From: Candidatus Nitrosopumilus koreensis AR1
GTDB taxonomy: Archaea; Thermoproteota; Nitrososphaeria; Nitrososphaerales; Nitrosopumilaceae
Direction: 5' to 3'
Assembly: GCF_000299365.1 (NCBI RefSeq)
Contig: NC_018655.1
Location: forward strand, 90,001 to 122,000
DNA: 32,000 nt
In this document: positions 1 to 9,128 of the stretch, piece by piece
Layout: each line of letters begins with the position of its first letter
Position numbering within the stretch: the stretch's first letter is position 1
Program-made: the position numbers and the translations under genes
The notes under the pieces: generated by a model
Databases searched by the model: none
The model's input: only the letters and a program-made list of their open reading frames with translations
Told to the model about the DNA's origin: nothing

Positions 1-1
1 T

Positions 2-235
2 GATAATTTTTATTATTGTCCTCACACTCCTGCCGAAAATTGTACATGTAGAAAGCCTAAACCTGGATTATTAATTAAAGCAATTGATGATTTTTCTATA
101 GACCCTTTATCTAGTTGGATGGTGGGTGATAGAGATTCTGATGTTGATGCAGGTGAATCTGTTGGTTGTAAAACTATAAAGATTCAAGAAAATTCTTGTG
201 ATTTTGAAAATATTCTTAAAACAATATTATCTTAA
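2..235 (+). CDS. gmhB: HAD-IIIA phosphatase, C-terminal part (GmhB-like D-glycero-D-manno-heptose-1,7-bisphosphate phosphatase); 5' end outside window
   Basis: Frame open from the window edge to TAA at 233-235. It translates ...YYCPHTPAENCTCRKPKPGLLIKA...WMVGDRDSDVDAGESVG.... The CxCRKPxPG and GDxxxD motifs are characteristic of the GmhB/HisB-N HAD subfamily. Confidence 0.6.
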   Translation, partial: DNFYYCPHTPAENCTCRKPKPGLLIKAIDDFSIDPLSSWMVGDRDSDVDAGESVGCKTIKIQENSCDFENILKTILS

Positions 236-281
236 GAATTTTTTTCCAAACCTCAAAATACCTGAAAAAAAGTGAATTAAT

Positions 282-1298
282 ATGAATATTTTAGTTACTG
301 GTGCAGGAGGCTATGTTGGATCTAATTTAATACCTGAACTTGTTAAAGATGGACACTTTGTCAAATGTCTTGATAGGTTCTTTTTTGGAAAAGATTTTCT
401 GTTATCTTTCCAAGACACAAATCAAATCGAATTAATTCAAGATGATATACGTTGGTTTGATCCAAAAATTTTAGATGATGTTGACATTGTTTTTGACTTG
501 GCTGCATTGTCAAATGATCCTGTTGGTGAATTGAACCCTGAGAAAACTTTTGAAATAAATCACTTAGGTAGAGTCCGAGTTGCAACTGAAAGTAAAAAAC
601 ATGGTGTACCTAGATATATTCTTGCATCTAGTGCTAGTGTATATGGCCAACAAGATAATTTAGCAAATGAGGATGTAGAAGTTTTTCCAATAACTGCATA
701 TTCCAAAGCTAATCATAAAGCGGAAATTGATGTCTTGAAATTATCTGATGAAAAATTTTGTGTTTCTGTAATGAGATTTGCTAGTCTTTATGGATTTTCT
801 CCTCGTATGAGATTTGATATTTCAGTTAATAGTATGGTATTGGATCTTTTTAAAACTGGAAAAATTGTTGTTAGAGGAAAAAATAACAAACGACCGTTTT
901 TGCATGTTCAAGATGCTGTTAATGCTTATAAATTAATTTTAAAAGCAGACACGGCCTCCATAAATGGCGAAATTTTCAATGTGGGAAATGAAGAACAAAA
1001 CTATTCCATTGGTCAATTAGCTGAATTGATAGCTCAATCTGTTGGAATAAAATATGAATTAGAATTAGGTGATAATAATGATCACCGATCTTATGCTGCA
1101 TCATTTGATAAAATCCGAAACACTTTAGGGTTCAAACCTGAAAAAAATATCTCATTTGGTGCAAATGAAATTTATGAAAAATTAAAAGCTGGTCAAATTA
1201 CTGATTCTACAAAAACCATTACTCTCAAATGGTATCAACATATTGAATCTGATCCAGAATTATCTAAAATTTTAAAAATAAATGGAAAGTTGCTCTGA
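282..1298 (+). CDS. NAD-dependent sugar epimerase/dehydratase (extended SDR)
   Basis: 338-aa ORF with N-terminal Rossmann motif ILVTGAGGYVGSNL and an AYSKANHKAE catalytic-region pattern. It sits in a sugar-nucleotide gene context. Confidence 0.8.
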   Translation: MNILVTGAGGYVGSNLIPELVKDGHFVKCLDRFFFGKDFLLSFQDTNQIELIQDDIRWFDPKILDDVDIVFDLAALSNDPVGELNPEKTFEINHLGRVRVATESKKHGVPRYILASSASVYGQQDNLANEDVEVFPITAYSKANHKAEIDVLKLSDEKFCVSVMRFASLYGFSPRMRFDISVNSMVLDLFKTGKIVVRGKNNKRPFLHVQDAVNAYKLILKADTASINGEIFNVGNEEQNYSIGQLAELIAQSVGIKYELELGDNNDHRSYAASFDKIRNTLGFKPEKNISFGANEIYEKLKAGQITDSTKTITLKWYQHIESDPELSKILKINGKLL

Positions 1299-1303
1299 TT
1301 AAA

Positions 1304-1834
1304 TCAATCTTTAAAGTTTGTCCAATCTTTATCTTTTTGAGAAATTATTGATGGCGTCATTGGCCATTTAATATTGAACATTGGATCGTCCCATCTTATC
1401 CCATTTGCATTCTCTGGCATGTAATACTGTGACATTTGATAAAATAATTCTGTATTGTCTTCTAATGTTTGAAACCCTAATGCAAATCCTTCTGGTACAT
1501 ATAACTCAAAATTTTCTTCTGAACTTAATTCAACACTTCCCCATTTCTTGAATGTTTCAGAATTTTTTCTCAAATCAATAAACACTTCAAAGACTTTACC
1601 CTTCACACATTTTACAATTTTTGCTTCTTCATAAGGTGATTCTTGATAATGCATTCCACGTATTGTTCCTTTTTTAGAATTAAATGATATATTGCACTGA
1701 ACAATTTCTGGATTCAAATTATTTTTTAAAAACTCATTTTTATCCCAAGTCCTTGCAAAAAACCCTCTTTCATCTTCAATTTTTTCTATTTCAACGATGA
1801 ATACGCCTTTGATCTTTAACTCGTGGAATTTCAT
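1304..1834 (-). CDS. dTDP/NDP-4-dehydro-6-deoxyhexose 3,5-epimerase-like cupin (RmlC family)
   Basis: MKFHELKIKGVFIVEIEKIEDERGFFARTW...IRGMHYQ...KIVKCVKGKVFEVFIDLR is RmlC-like. I place the start at the Met at 1834, giving an ATGA start/stop overlap with the upstream gene (tcat at 1831-1834). The ORF track extends to 1879. Confidence 0.8.
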   Translation of the reverse strand: MKFHELKIKGVFIVEIEKIEDERGFFARTWDKNEFLKNNLNPEIVQCNISFNSKKGTIRGMHYQESPYEEAKIVKCVKGKVFEVFIDLRKNSETFKKWGSVELSSEENFELYVPEGFALGFQTLEDNTELFYQMSQYYMPENANGIRWDDPMFNIKWPMTPSIISQKDKDWTNFKD

Positions 1835-3066
1835 AGGATGACAACCTCTGGAATTAATACAATAAATTTTGCCCCCCATGCTCGAATTTGTTTCATTTGC
1901 TCCATGATCTCTTCCTTAAAATTCCAAGCCAAAATCAATACGTAATCTGGTTTTTTTTCAAAAATTATGTCAATTGGATATACTGGAATATTTGTTCCTG
2001 GCAGGTACAGATTCTGTTTATGGGGATTCTTGTCTACAGTGTATTCGATAAAATCAGTGCCTATTCCACAATAATTTAATAATGTATTTCCTTTGGCAGG
2101 CGCTCCATATCCTGCAATACTTTTTCCCTCTTTTTTGATTTTTATCAACAATTCTAAGATATTTTGTTTTACTTGTTCAGTTTGTTTTTGAAATTGAGGA
2201 TATTTTGAAATTTCTGCAATCCCAAATTTTATTTCTTTGGAAATTTGTTTTTCTACATTATCTGAAATCTCAAAATTTATGTTATTTTCATGTTTAATGA
2301 ATATTCTAAGTGATCCTCCATGAATTGGAATTTCTTGAACGTCAAATATGGTCATATTGTATTTTGTAAAAATTTTTTGAAGTGTAAATAAGGAAAAATA
2401 TGAAAAATGTTCATGATATATTACATCAAATTCATTTTGTTGGATTAATTGTAATAGATAAGCTGAAAATTGTATTGTAATTATTCCTTTATCTGATAAT
2501 AATATTTTTAATCCTTTCATAAAGTCATTTAGATTTGGCACATGTGGCAAAACATTAAACCCAATCAATAAATCAGCTTTTTGCCCCTCCTCAGCTAGTT
2601 TTTTTGCAGTTTCTTCTCCAAAAAATTCATTTATGGTTTTTATTCCTTTTTCATTAGCGATTTTTGCTATATTTGATGCAGGTTCAATTCCTAAAATTGG
2701 TATGTTATTTTTTTTGAAAAATTGCAATAAGTATCCGTCATTACTTGCAATTTCAATAACTTGTTTTTTTTCATCAATTTTCATTTTTTTAATTACTTCA
2801 TCAACATATTCCCTGATATGTTCCACCCATGTTGTTGAATATGAAGAAAAATATGCATAATCTGAAAATATCTGTTTTGGATTTTCAAACTCTTCTAATT
2901 GTACCAAAAAACAATTAGAACATACATATGTTTTTAGAGGATAAAATGGCTCCATTTTGTTTTTGTCTTTTAGATATGAATTTGCCATTGGTGATTTTCC
3001 CAAATCCACAAAAGATGTTTTTAATTCGTTATTACAAAATCTACATTTCATTATATTTTCATCCAA
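1831..3066 (-). CDS. NDP-hexose C-methyltransferase-like SAM methyltransferase with N-terminal zinc ribbon
   Basis: 411-aa ORF. The N-terminus CRFCNN...CSNC is a zinc ribbon, followed by a class I SAM-methyltransferase core (VIEIASNDGYLL) and a long C-terminal domain, as in the TylCIII/EvaC-type family. The start could instead be the Met at 3051. Confidence 0.7.
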   Translation of the reverse strand: MDENIMKCRFCNNELKTSFVDLGKSPMANSYLKDKNKMEPFYPLKTYVCSNCFLVQLEEFENPKQIFSDYAYFSSYSTTWVEHIREYVDEVIKKMKIDEKKQVIEIASNDGYLLQFFKKNNIPILGIEPASNIAKIANEKGIKTINEFFGEETAKKLAEEGQKADLLIGFNVLPHVPNLNDFMKGLKILLSDKGIITIQFSAYLLQLIQQNEFDVIYHEHFSYFSLFTLQKIFTKYNMTIFDVQEIPIHGGSLRIFIKHENNINFEISDNVEKQISKEIKFGIAEISKYPQFQKQTEQVKQNILELLIKIKKEGKSIAGYGAPAKGNTLLNYCGIGTDFIEYTVDKNPHKQNLYLPGTNIPVYPIDIIFEKKPDYVLILAWNFKEEIMEQMKQIRAWGAKFIVLIPEVVIL

Positions 3067-3758
3067 AGAGCTTCATTATTTATCCACATTTTTTCTAATC
3101 TATTTTTATCATTCATTGTATCCATAGGTTGATAAAATCCTGAGTGTTTATACGCCACTAATTGGCCATTTTGAACTAATTCCTTCATCGGAGTTTCTTC
3201 AAAAATTGTTAGGTCATTTTCAATATAATCAAAAATTTTGGGTTCTAAAACAAAATACCCTCCATTAACCCAATTATTATCTCCTTTTGGTTTTTCCATA
3301 AATTTGGTAACAACCTCATTTTCAATTTCTAAAACCCCGAATCTTCCTGGAGGTTGACATGCTGTAACTGTTGCAATTTTTTTATTTTTATGATGAAATT
3401 CTATTAATTTTGAAATATCAAGATCATTTAATGTGTCTCCATATGTAAAACAAAAAGTTTCTGTACAGTATTTTTTAATTTGTTTTAGTCTGCCTCCGGT
3501 CATTGTATCTAACCCTGTATCAATTATTTTTATATTCCAATCTTCTGGAAAATTTTTTTCATCTTCAAAAAATTCTATAATTTTTTCCTTTTTGTACCCT
3601 GAACAAACTATGAATTCTTTCATACCAAATAATGCATATCTGTTCATAATGTGCCATAAAATTGGTTTTCCTCCAATCTCTACCATTGGTTTTGGTTTAA
3701 CTTTGGTTTCTTCACTGATCCTAGTTCCTAATCCTCCCGCTAAAATTACTGCTTTCAA
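3051..3758 (-). CDS. rfbF: glucose-1-phosphate cytidylyltransferase
   Basis: MKAVILAGGLGTRISEETKVKPKPMVEIGGKPILWHIMNRYALFGMKEFIVCSGYK is a near-textbook RfbF N-terminus. It overlaps the downstream methyltransferase gene. Confidence 0.85.
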   Translation of the reverse strand: MKAVILAGGLGTRISEETKVKPKPMVEIGGKPILWHIMNRYALFGMKEFIVCSGYKKEKIIEFFEDEKNFPEDWNIKIIDTGLDTMTGGRLKQIKKYCTETFCFTYGDTLNDLDISKLIEFHHKNKKIATVTACQPPGRFGVLEIENEVVTKFMEKPKGDNNWVNGGYFVLEPKIFDYIENDLTIFEETPMKELVQNGQLVAYKHSGFYQPMDTMNDKNRLEKMWINNEALWMKI

Positions 3759-3806
3759 TATGCTTATTTAACCAACTAAACTCTTATTGCCTCTTTTATT
3801 AGAATT

Positions 3807-5333
3807 ATGATAAACATGGACTCTAAAGATAGTATTCTTTTCTGGATTGATAGTGTGTGGAGTCAATTTGCATTTGCAAAGTTTTTACAAGAGAAACATG
3901 ATGCTGATTTTTATGCTATTTCTGATTTAAGTATAAAAAATACTAATTTTCTAAACAAACAAAAAATTGTTACTTTTAAAAAAATTTGGCATATCCGTGA
4001 TAATCAAGAACTAAAATCTGGAAATTTAATTGATTTAAATTATCTGAAAACTATTGAAGAAAAATTCGGTATAAACATTTGGTCAATAGTATATGCTGAT
4101 CGCTATTTCTACAAGTATAATTTATATCATAATTTTTCACGAAATGAAATTCTTCAATTAGTTCAAGCTGAATGTAAACTATATGAACAAATTATTGATG
4201 AAATAAAACCTTCTTTTTTGATAATCTACCCATTTAATGATTTTAGACAGGAATTACTTTACAAAATGTGTAAAAGAAAAGGTACACGAATTATGACCTT
4301 AAGCTATACAAGAATAAATTACAAATTCATGCTTTCTGAAATCACTGATAAAACTGATCAAAAATTCATTTTTGATTCTACTGATGATGATGTACCTGCT
4401 AAATCCTTTGAAGAATTAAATGAATACTTCAAAAAGTACCCTAAAATTGTAAAACAGTATGTTAAGAATAAAAATCCTTTTAAAGAAAAATTAAAAATTG
4501 GGTTTTCTTTTTTTCTAAAAACTTACAATTCTGAATACAAAAAATTGTATCGAAATATAGGAAGAACAAGATTTAACATATTTAAAAATGAAATTAATAT
4601 AATTTATAATTCTTATTTAGTCAAAAATTTTTTTAAAAAAAATTCATTGACAAAAATTTCTTTTAAAGAAAATTTTATTTATTTTCCAATACATTTTGAA
4701 CCAGAAAGATCAATCACAGATCCTGCACTGTATTATACTAATCAAATTGAATTAATTACCCATATTGCAAAATCTTTACCTGTAGATTATTGCTTATGTG
4801 TGAAAGAACACCCTGCTCAAAGTTTAACTGGTTGGAAAAACCTTGATTTCTATAAACAAATTCATAAATTACCTAATGTCAAATTATTGCATCCAGCATT
4901 TTCTCAAGAAGATATTCTTCAAAAATGCTCTCTTGTAATAACTATTGTTGGTTCTACTGGAATGGAAGCTTTGCTTTATCAAAAACCTGTTATTACTTTT
5001 GGGGATACAATATACTCTGAAATCTCTTCTGTTAACAAAGTTACTGACATCACTACTCTTCCAGAATTAATTCAAAATTCCTTAAAACAAAAAGTCAATC
5101 TTAAGGAATTAAATGCCTTTGTTCAATTTATAGATCAAAATTCATTCGATTATGAATTCTTGGAAATACAAAAATTCATTGAAGATACTATATTTGAAGG
5201 AGGATTTTTAGATTCAGAAATTACCCATGACAAACTTAACCTTCTGTTTAAAACTCATAAATCTTCTTTCGAATTAGTTGCGAATGAATATGTCAAAAAA
5301 ATTGAATATTTTCATGATCTAAATAAAAAATAA
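3807..5333 (+). CDS. capsule-polysaccharide-biosynthesis-like protein (KpsS/KpsC-type, putative glycosyltransferase)
   Basis: 508-aa ORF. The C-terminal half (FPIHFEPERS...CVKEHPAQ...VITIVGSTGMEALLYQKPVITFGD) resembles the Capsule_synth pattern. Assignment is from motif memory only. Confidence 0.45.
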   Translation: MINMDSKDSILFWIDSVWSQFAFAKFLQEKHDADFYAISDLSIKNTNFLNKQKIVTFKKIWHIRDNQELKSGNLIDLNYLKTIEEKFGINIWSIVYADRYFYKYNLYHNFSRNEILQLVQAECKLYEQIIDEIKPSFLIIYPFNDFRQELLYKMCKRKGTRIMTLSYTRINYKFMLSEITDKTDQKFIFDSTDDDVPAKSFEELNEYFKKYPKIVKQYVKNKNPFKEKLKIGFSFFLKTYNSEYKKLYRNIGRTRFNIFKNEINIIYNSYLVKNFFKKNSLTKISFKENFIYFPIHFEPERSITDPALYYTNQIELITHIAKSLPVDYCLCVKEHPAQSLTGWKNLDFYKQIHKLPNVKLLHPAFSQEDILQKCSLVITIVGSTGMEALLYQKPVITFGDTIYSEISSVNKVTDITTLPELIQNSLKQKVNLKELNAFVQFIDQNSFDYEFLEIQKFIEDTIFEGGFLDSEITHDKLNLLFKTHKSSFELVANEYVKKIEYFHDLNKK

Positions 5334-6323
5334 CTATATCAGATTTTCTTTTTTGAGAATTGCTTTGATTTCATTTTTTGTTAATTCTGGTACTAGATCA
5401 GACGAATAATTCTCAGTTAAAATAGTACTTTTGACTTCTTTTATTGAATTATAATCATAATTTTGATTTTGTTTTTCAAAAATTATGTAATCTTTATCAC
5501 TTTCAAATGTATTCCTCAGTTCCTCTTTACTAATTAATGTCTCATGAAATTTTTCACCTGGTCTAACTGGAATTCTCTTCTCATTGTTATTGGCATTAGT
5601 TAATTCCATTATTGCTTCTTTCATTTCTTTTACTCTGTATGCTTTTAATTTTGGAACAAATACTTCTCCTCCTTTTCCATATTTCAGTGTTCTAAGAATT
5701 AGTTCTAATGCTTCATTCATACTAATATTGAATCTTGTCATACTTGGATCTGTGATTGTTATTTCTTCATTATTTTTTATCTGTGATAACATTACAGGTA
5801 AAAGAGACCCTCTGCTACCTAAGACATTTCCATATCTAACACACAAAAATTTTGTTTTACGTTTTCCTTTGTAATAATTTGCAGATACAAAAAGTCTTTC
5901 CATTAGCATTTTAGATGCTCCATAGGTATTTAGTGGTGAAACAGCCTTATCTGTTCCAATTGCTAAAGCAATATCTACATTGTTATCTAAACAACAATCA
6001 ATCAAGTTTTGAGAACCATAAACATTTGTTTTTACAGCTTCAAATGGATTATACTCAGCAGTAGCTATTTGTTTTAGAGCTGCAGTATGAATTACAATAT
6101 CTACTTCTTCAACAGCTCTTGAAAGTCGATCTTTGTCTCTTACATCTCCGATAAAAAACCTTAATCTATCATCTTGAATCTCACTTTGCATTTGTGATTG
6201 TTTCAATTCGTCTCTACTGTAAATTCGAATTGTATCTACATCTTCTTTTAATAATTTCTTTGTTAAGGCTCTTCCTAGTGAACCAGTTCCACCAGTAATG
6301 AGAATCTTTTTTCCTGCAAACAT
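5334..6323 (-). CDS. pseB: UDP-N-acetylglucosamine 4,6-dehydratase (inverting), PseB/FlaA1/CapD family
   Basis: KKILITGGTGSLGRAL...IYSRDELKQSQMQ...RLRFFIGDVRDKDRL...VIHTAALKQIATAEYNPFEAVKTNVYG...YGASK...VRYGNVLGSRGS is the PseB signature throughout. The start is placed at MFAGKKIL (6323). The ORF track allows 6374. Confidence 0.85.
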   Translation of the reverse strand: MFAGKKILITGGTGSLGRALTKKLLKEDVDTIRIYSRDELKQSQMQSEIQDDRLRFFIGDVRDKDRLSRAVEEVDIVIHTAALKQIATAEYNPFEAVKTNVYGSQNLIDCCLDNNVDIALAIGTDKAVSPLNTYGASKMLMERLFVSANYYKGKRKTKFLCVRYGNVLGSRGSLLPVMLSQIKNNEEITITDPSMTRFNISMNEALELILRTLKYGKGGEVFVPKLKAYRVKEMKEAIMELTNANNNEKRIPVRPGEKFHETLISKEELRNTFESDKDYIIFEKQNQNYDYNSIKEVKSTILTENYSSDLVPELTKNEIKAILKKENLI

Positions 6324-6415
6324 GTAATTTTGAACAAATATCCTAGTTTTATGAGTTCTCTTTTTATAGAACACTCTTCAAGAAATTATATATCTTCAAG
6401 ATTGGTATTTCCTTT

Positions 6416-8284
6416 ATGACTTCTGATTTAATCCATATTGGAGGCAACTCTATTTTGTCAGATTTGCCACAAAAAATAACTATCAAAAACCGACCCTACA
6501 TTTTAACTAAAAATCAAAATGGTAATTTGATTTTATACAGTGCGATTTGTCCTCACGCTCAAGGAATTGTTGAGCCTACTGGAAAAAAACAATGGAGATG
6601 TCCTTATCATGGATGGACTTTTGATCCAGAGACTGGAAATTCTATAGTTCCGCCAAATTCGCATTTATCTTCATATGATGTAATTGAAAAAAATGATAAA
6701 TTATTTGCTGATTTAAAATTTGTAAATAATAATATCATATCTACTAATCTACCATATCATAAAAATAATCTTAAAAGTAAATTTCCCAAAATTACATTAA
6801 TCACCCAAGCTTGTTTGTTGGTAGAATGGGATGGATTCAATCTATTAATGGATCCTTGGATTGAAGGACTTGCATTATGTGGTTCATGGACGCATTTTCC
6901 TCCTTCACAATTTACTGTTCAAAATTTACCTAAAATTGATGCAATATGGATTTCTCATGAACATAGTGATCATCTTCATCCATATACCTTATCTTTGTTA
7001 GACAAAAATATTCCAGTTTACGTACCTGATTTTGATAATGAACGACTCGGTAAAATTGTAAAAAAAATTGGATTTAAAAATGTCATATCAATGCCCCCAT
7101 TCCAATCATTTAATTTGACAAAATCTATAGAACTTATTTCATTCAAAGCTTCAATGAATTTTAGTGATAATATTCTCTATTTACGAACTGGGGAATTTAC
7201 AATGTTGAATTTTAATGATAGTGGAATTAACTGGAATATTAAAGATAAAGTTGATCATGTAGATTTGGTTTGTGCTCAATTTTCAAGATTACCCGCTACA
7301 ACTTATCCTAGTAACTGGACTCATCTAAACGAAGAAACAAAAAAACAAATTATTAAAGAAAAAAATCTTGCTTCATTAAAACAATTAAAATTATTGGTAG
7401 ATGTCTTTAAACCAGATTTTTTCCTACCTATGGCATCATTTGTAGCACTCTTCCCTCCTGAACTTTTACCATTTCAAAAAATAAAGAAGGGAATTTCTCT
7501 CAATGATGTAAAAGAACAATTCAAATCTTCAGATGTGAAGGTTTTAGACTTGATTCCTGGAGAATCATGGGATGAAAATAAAAATTTTATTTCAAGAGTT
7601 GATAGTCGAGAGAAATTCTTTGATGACGATTATTTATTATCATATCTAAAAAAAATCAATAATGATGAAACAATGACACAATTTCTCTTAACAAATGACA
7701 ATCTGACACATAATCAATTAAAAAAATATTTTTTAAATTTTAAAAATTTTGACATAGTACGTTTTATTGGAAATATGGATTTTTGTTTAACAACGTTTTC
7801 AGAAAAAAATTCCCTTTATTCTTTAATCTCGTTTAGAGATGGTGATATTATATATCAAGAATTATCAAAACCTGAAAAATGTGAACTTTCAATGTCCATT
7901 CCAATGCCAGTTGTTGCTGAAATTATTAACAATGATCTTTCATGGGATGAGGCTTTCTATTGGACAACTTTTCATAGAGATCCTGACGAATACAATTTAG
8001 CGTTCTGGAAATTTATGCATGCTCCTTGGAGATCTTTTAACAATGCAGAATGGATACAAAGTAATGATCCTAACATGTTGGGGAATGTATCTATAGCAAC
8101 ACTTGTTGAACAAGGAGGAAAATCTGTTTCAGATATTTTAGAAAAATATGGTCTGTTTTGTATAGGGTGTAGCAAATCTATTGGTGAAAATCTAAACGAT
8201 GGATGTGCTATACATGGAATTCCAAATAACAAACGATTAAAATTAATAGATGAAATCAAATCAAAAATTAAATCCTTACAATAA
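6416..8284 (+). CDS. Rieske [2Fe-2S] / metallo-beta-lactamase-fold / DUF1858-like three-domain oxygenase candidate (CMP-Neu5Ac-hydroxylase-like architecture)
   Basis: 622 aa. Rieske ligands are CPHAQG-x16-CPYHGW near the N-terminus. The MBL motif is ISHEHSDHLHP in the middle. The C-terminus (ILEKYGLFCIGCSKSIGENLNDGCAIHGI) resembles the DUF1858 / redox-disulfide domain. Confidence 0.7.
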   Translation: MTSDLIHIGGNSILSDLPQKITIKNRPYILTKNQNGNLILYSAICPHAQGIVEPTGKKQWRCPYHGWTFDPETGNSIVPPNSHLSSYDVIEKNDKLFADLKFVNNNIISTNLPYHKNNLKSKFPKITLITQACLLVEWDGFNLLMDPWIEGLALCGSWTHFPPSQFTVQNLPKIDAIWISHEHSDHLHPYTLSLLDKNIPVYVPDFDNERLGKIVKKIGFKNVISMPPFQSFNLTKSIELISFKASMNFSDNILYLRTGEFTMLNFNDSGINWNIKDKVDHVDLVCAQFSRLPATTYPSNWTHLNEETKKQIIKEKNLASLKQLKLLVDVFKPDFFLPMASFVALFPPELLPFQKIKKGISLNDVKEQFKSSDVKVLDLIPGESWDENKNFISRVDSREKFFDDDYLLSYLKKINNDETMTQFLLTNDNLTHNQLKKYFLNFKNFDIVRFIGNMDFCLTTFSEKNSLYSLISFRDGDIIYQELSKPEKCELSMSIPMPVVAEIINNDLSWDEAFYWTTFHRDPDEYNLAFWKFMHAPWRSFNNAEWIQSNDPNMLGNVSIATLVEQGGKSVSDILEKYGLFCIGCSKSIGENLNDGCAIHGIPNNKRLKLIDEIKSKIKSLQ

Positions 8285-8333
8285 GGTAAATTCTAAAAAT
8301 TTCTTAATATAACTGATAAATTCATGAAAATAG

Positions 8334-9095
8334 ATGATTGGATGCATAATTCAGGCAAGAATGGGTTCAACAAGACTTCCAGGAAAAGTGCTAATGAATT
8401 TAGATAATGAACATAATTTGCTTCATTTTATTCTTAAGCAAATAGGATACTCAAAAAGTATTGATGAAATAATTATTGCAACTACAACTCTACCCGAAGA
8501 TAAACAAATTGTAAGTTTTTGTAAACAAATGAATGTCAAATATTTTTGTGGTTCAATCAATGATGTTTTGTCAAGATATTTTGAATGTGCAAAAAATTTT
8601 TCTTTAGATATTGTTGTTAGAATAACATCTGATTGTCCTCTAATTGATCCAAACATAATTGATTCACTCATAAAAATTTTCGTTGATAATGAATATGACT
8701 ACGTTTCTACTCATTTACCTAGAACTTTTCCTCAAGGAAGTGCAGATATAGAAGTTTTTTCTTTTGAAACACTAAAACATGTACATGAAAAGGCATTAAA
8801 ACCATCAGAACGAGAACATGTGACTCCTTTTATCTATAACAACCCTGACAAATTTTCTATTTATAATTATGAACACGAAACAGATTTTTCAAAATTAAAA
8901 TGGTCTGTAGATAAAAAAAATGATTTACATTTTGTACAAGAAATAGTAAAACGGATCAATGAACGTCCAATTTTAACTGCTGACATTCTTGATGTGTTAA
9001 AAAAAGAACCTGAATTAAAAAAAATCAATAAAGACCACATTCTGAATGAAGGATATAAAAAATCGTTAGAAGAAGACAAAAAATTAGGATTTTAA
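8334..9095 (+). CDS. sugar cytidylyltransferase (SpsF / CMP-nonulosonate synthetase-related, CTP_transf_3-like)
   Basis: MIGCIIQARMGSTRLPGKVL N-terminal motif and ...RITSDCPLIDP.... It lies next to nonulosonic acid synthase genes. Confidence 0.75.
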   Translation: MIGCIIQARMGSTRLPGKVLMNLDNEHNLLHFILKQIGYSKSIDEIIIATTTLPEDKQIVSFCKQMNVKYFCGSINDVLSRYFECAKNFSLDIVVRITSDCPLIDPNIIDSLIKIFVDNEYDYVSTHLPRTFPQGSADIEVFSFETLKHVHEKALKPSEREHVTPFIYNNPDKFSIYNYEHETDFSKLKWSVDKKNDLHFVQEIVKRINERPILTADILDVLKKEPELKKINKDHILNEGYKKSLEEDKKLGF

Positions 9096-9128
9096 AATAA
9101 TCTTTTTCAAAATCTTGTTATATTCAAT

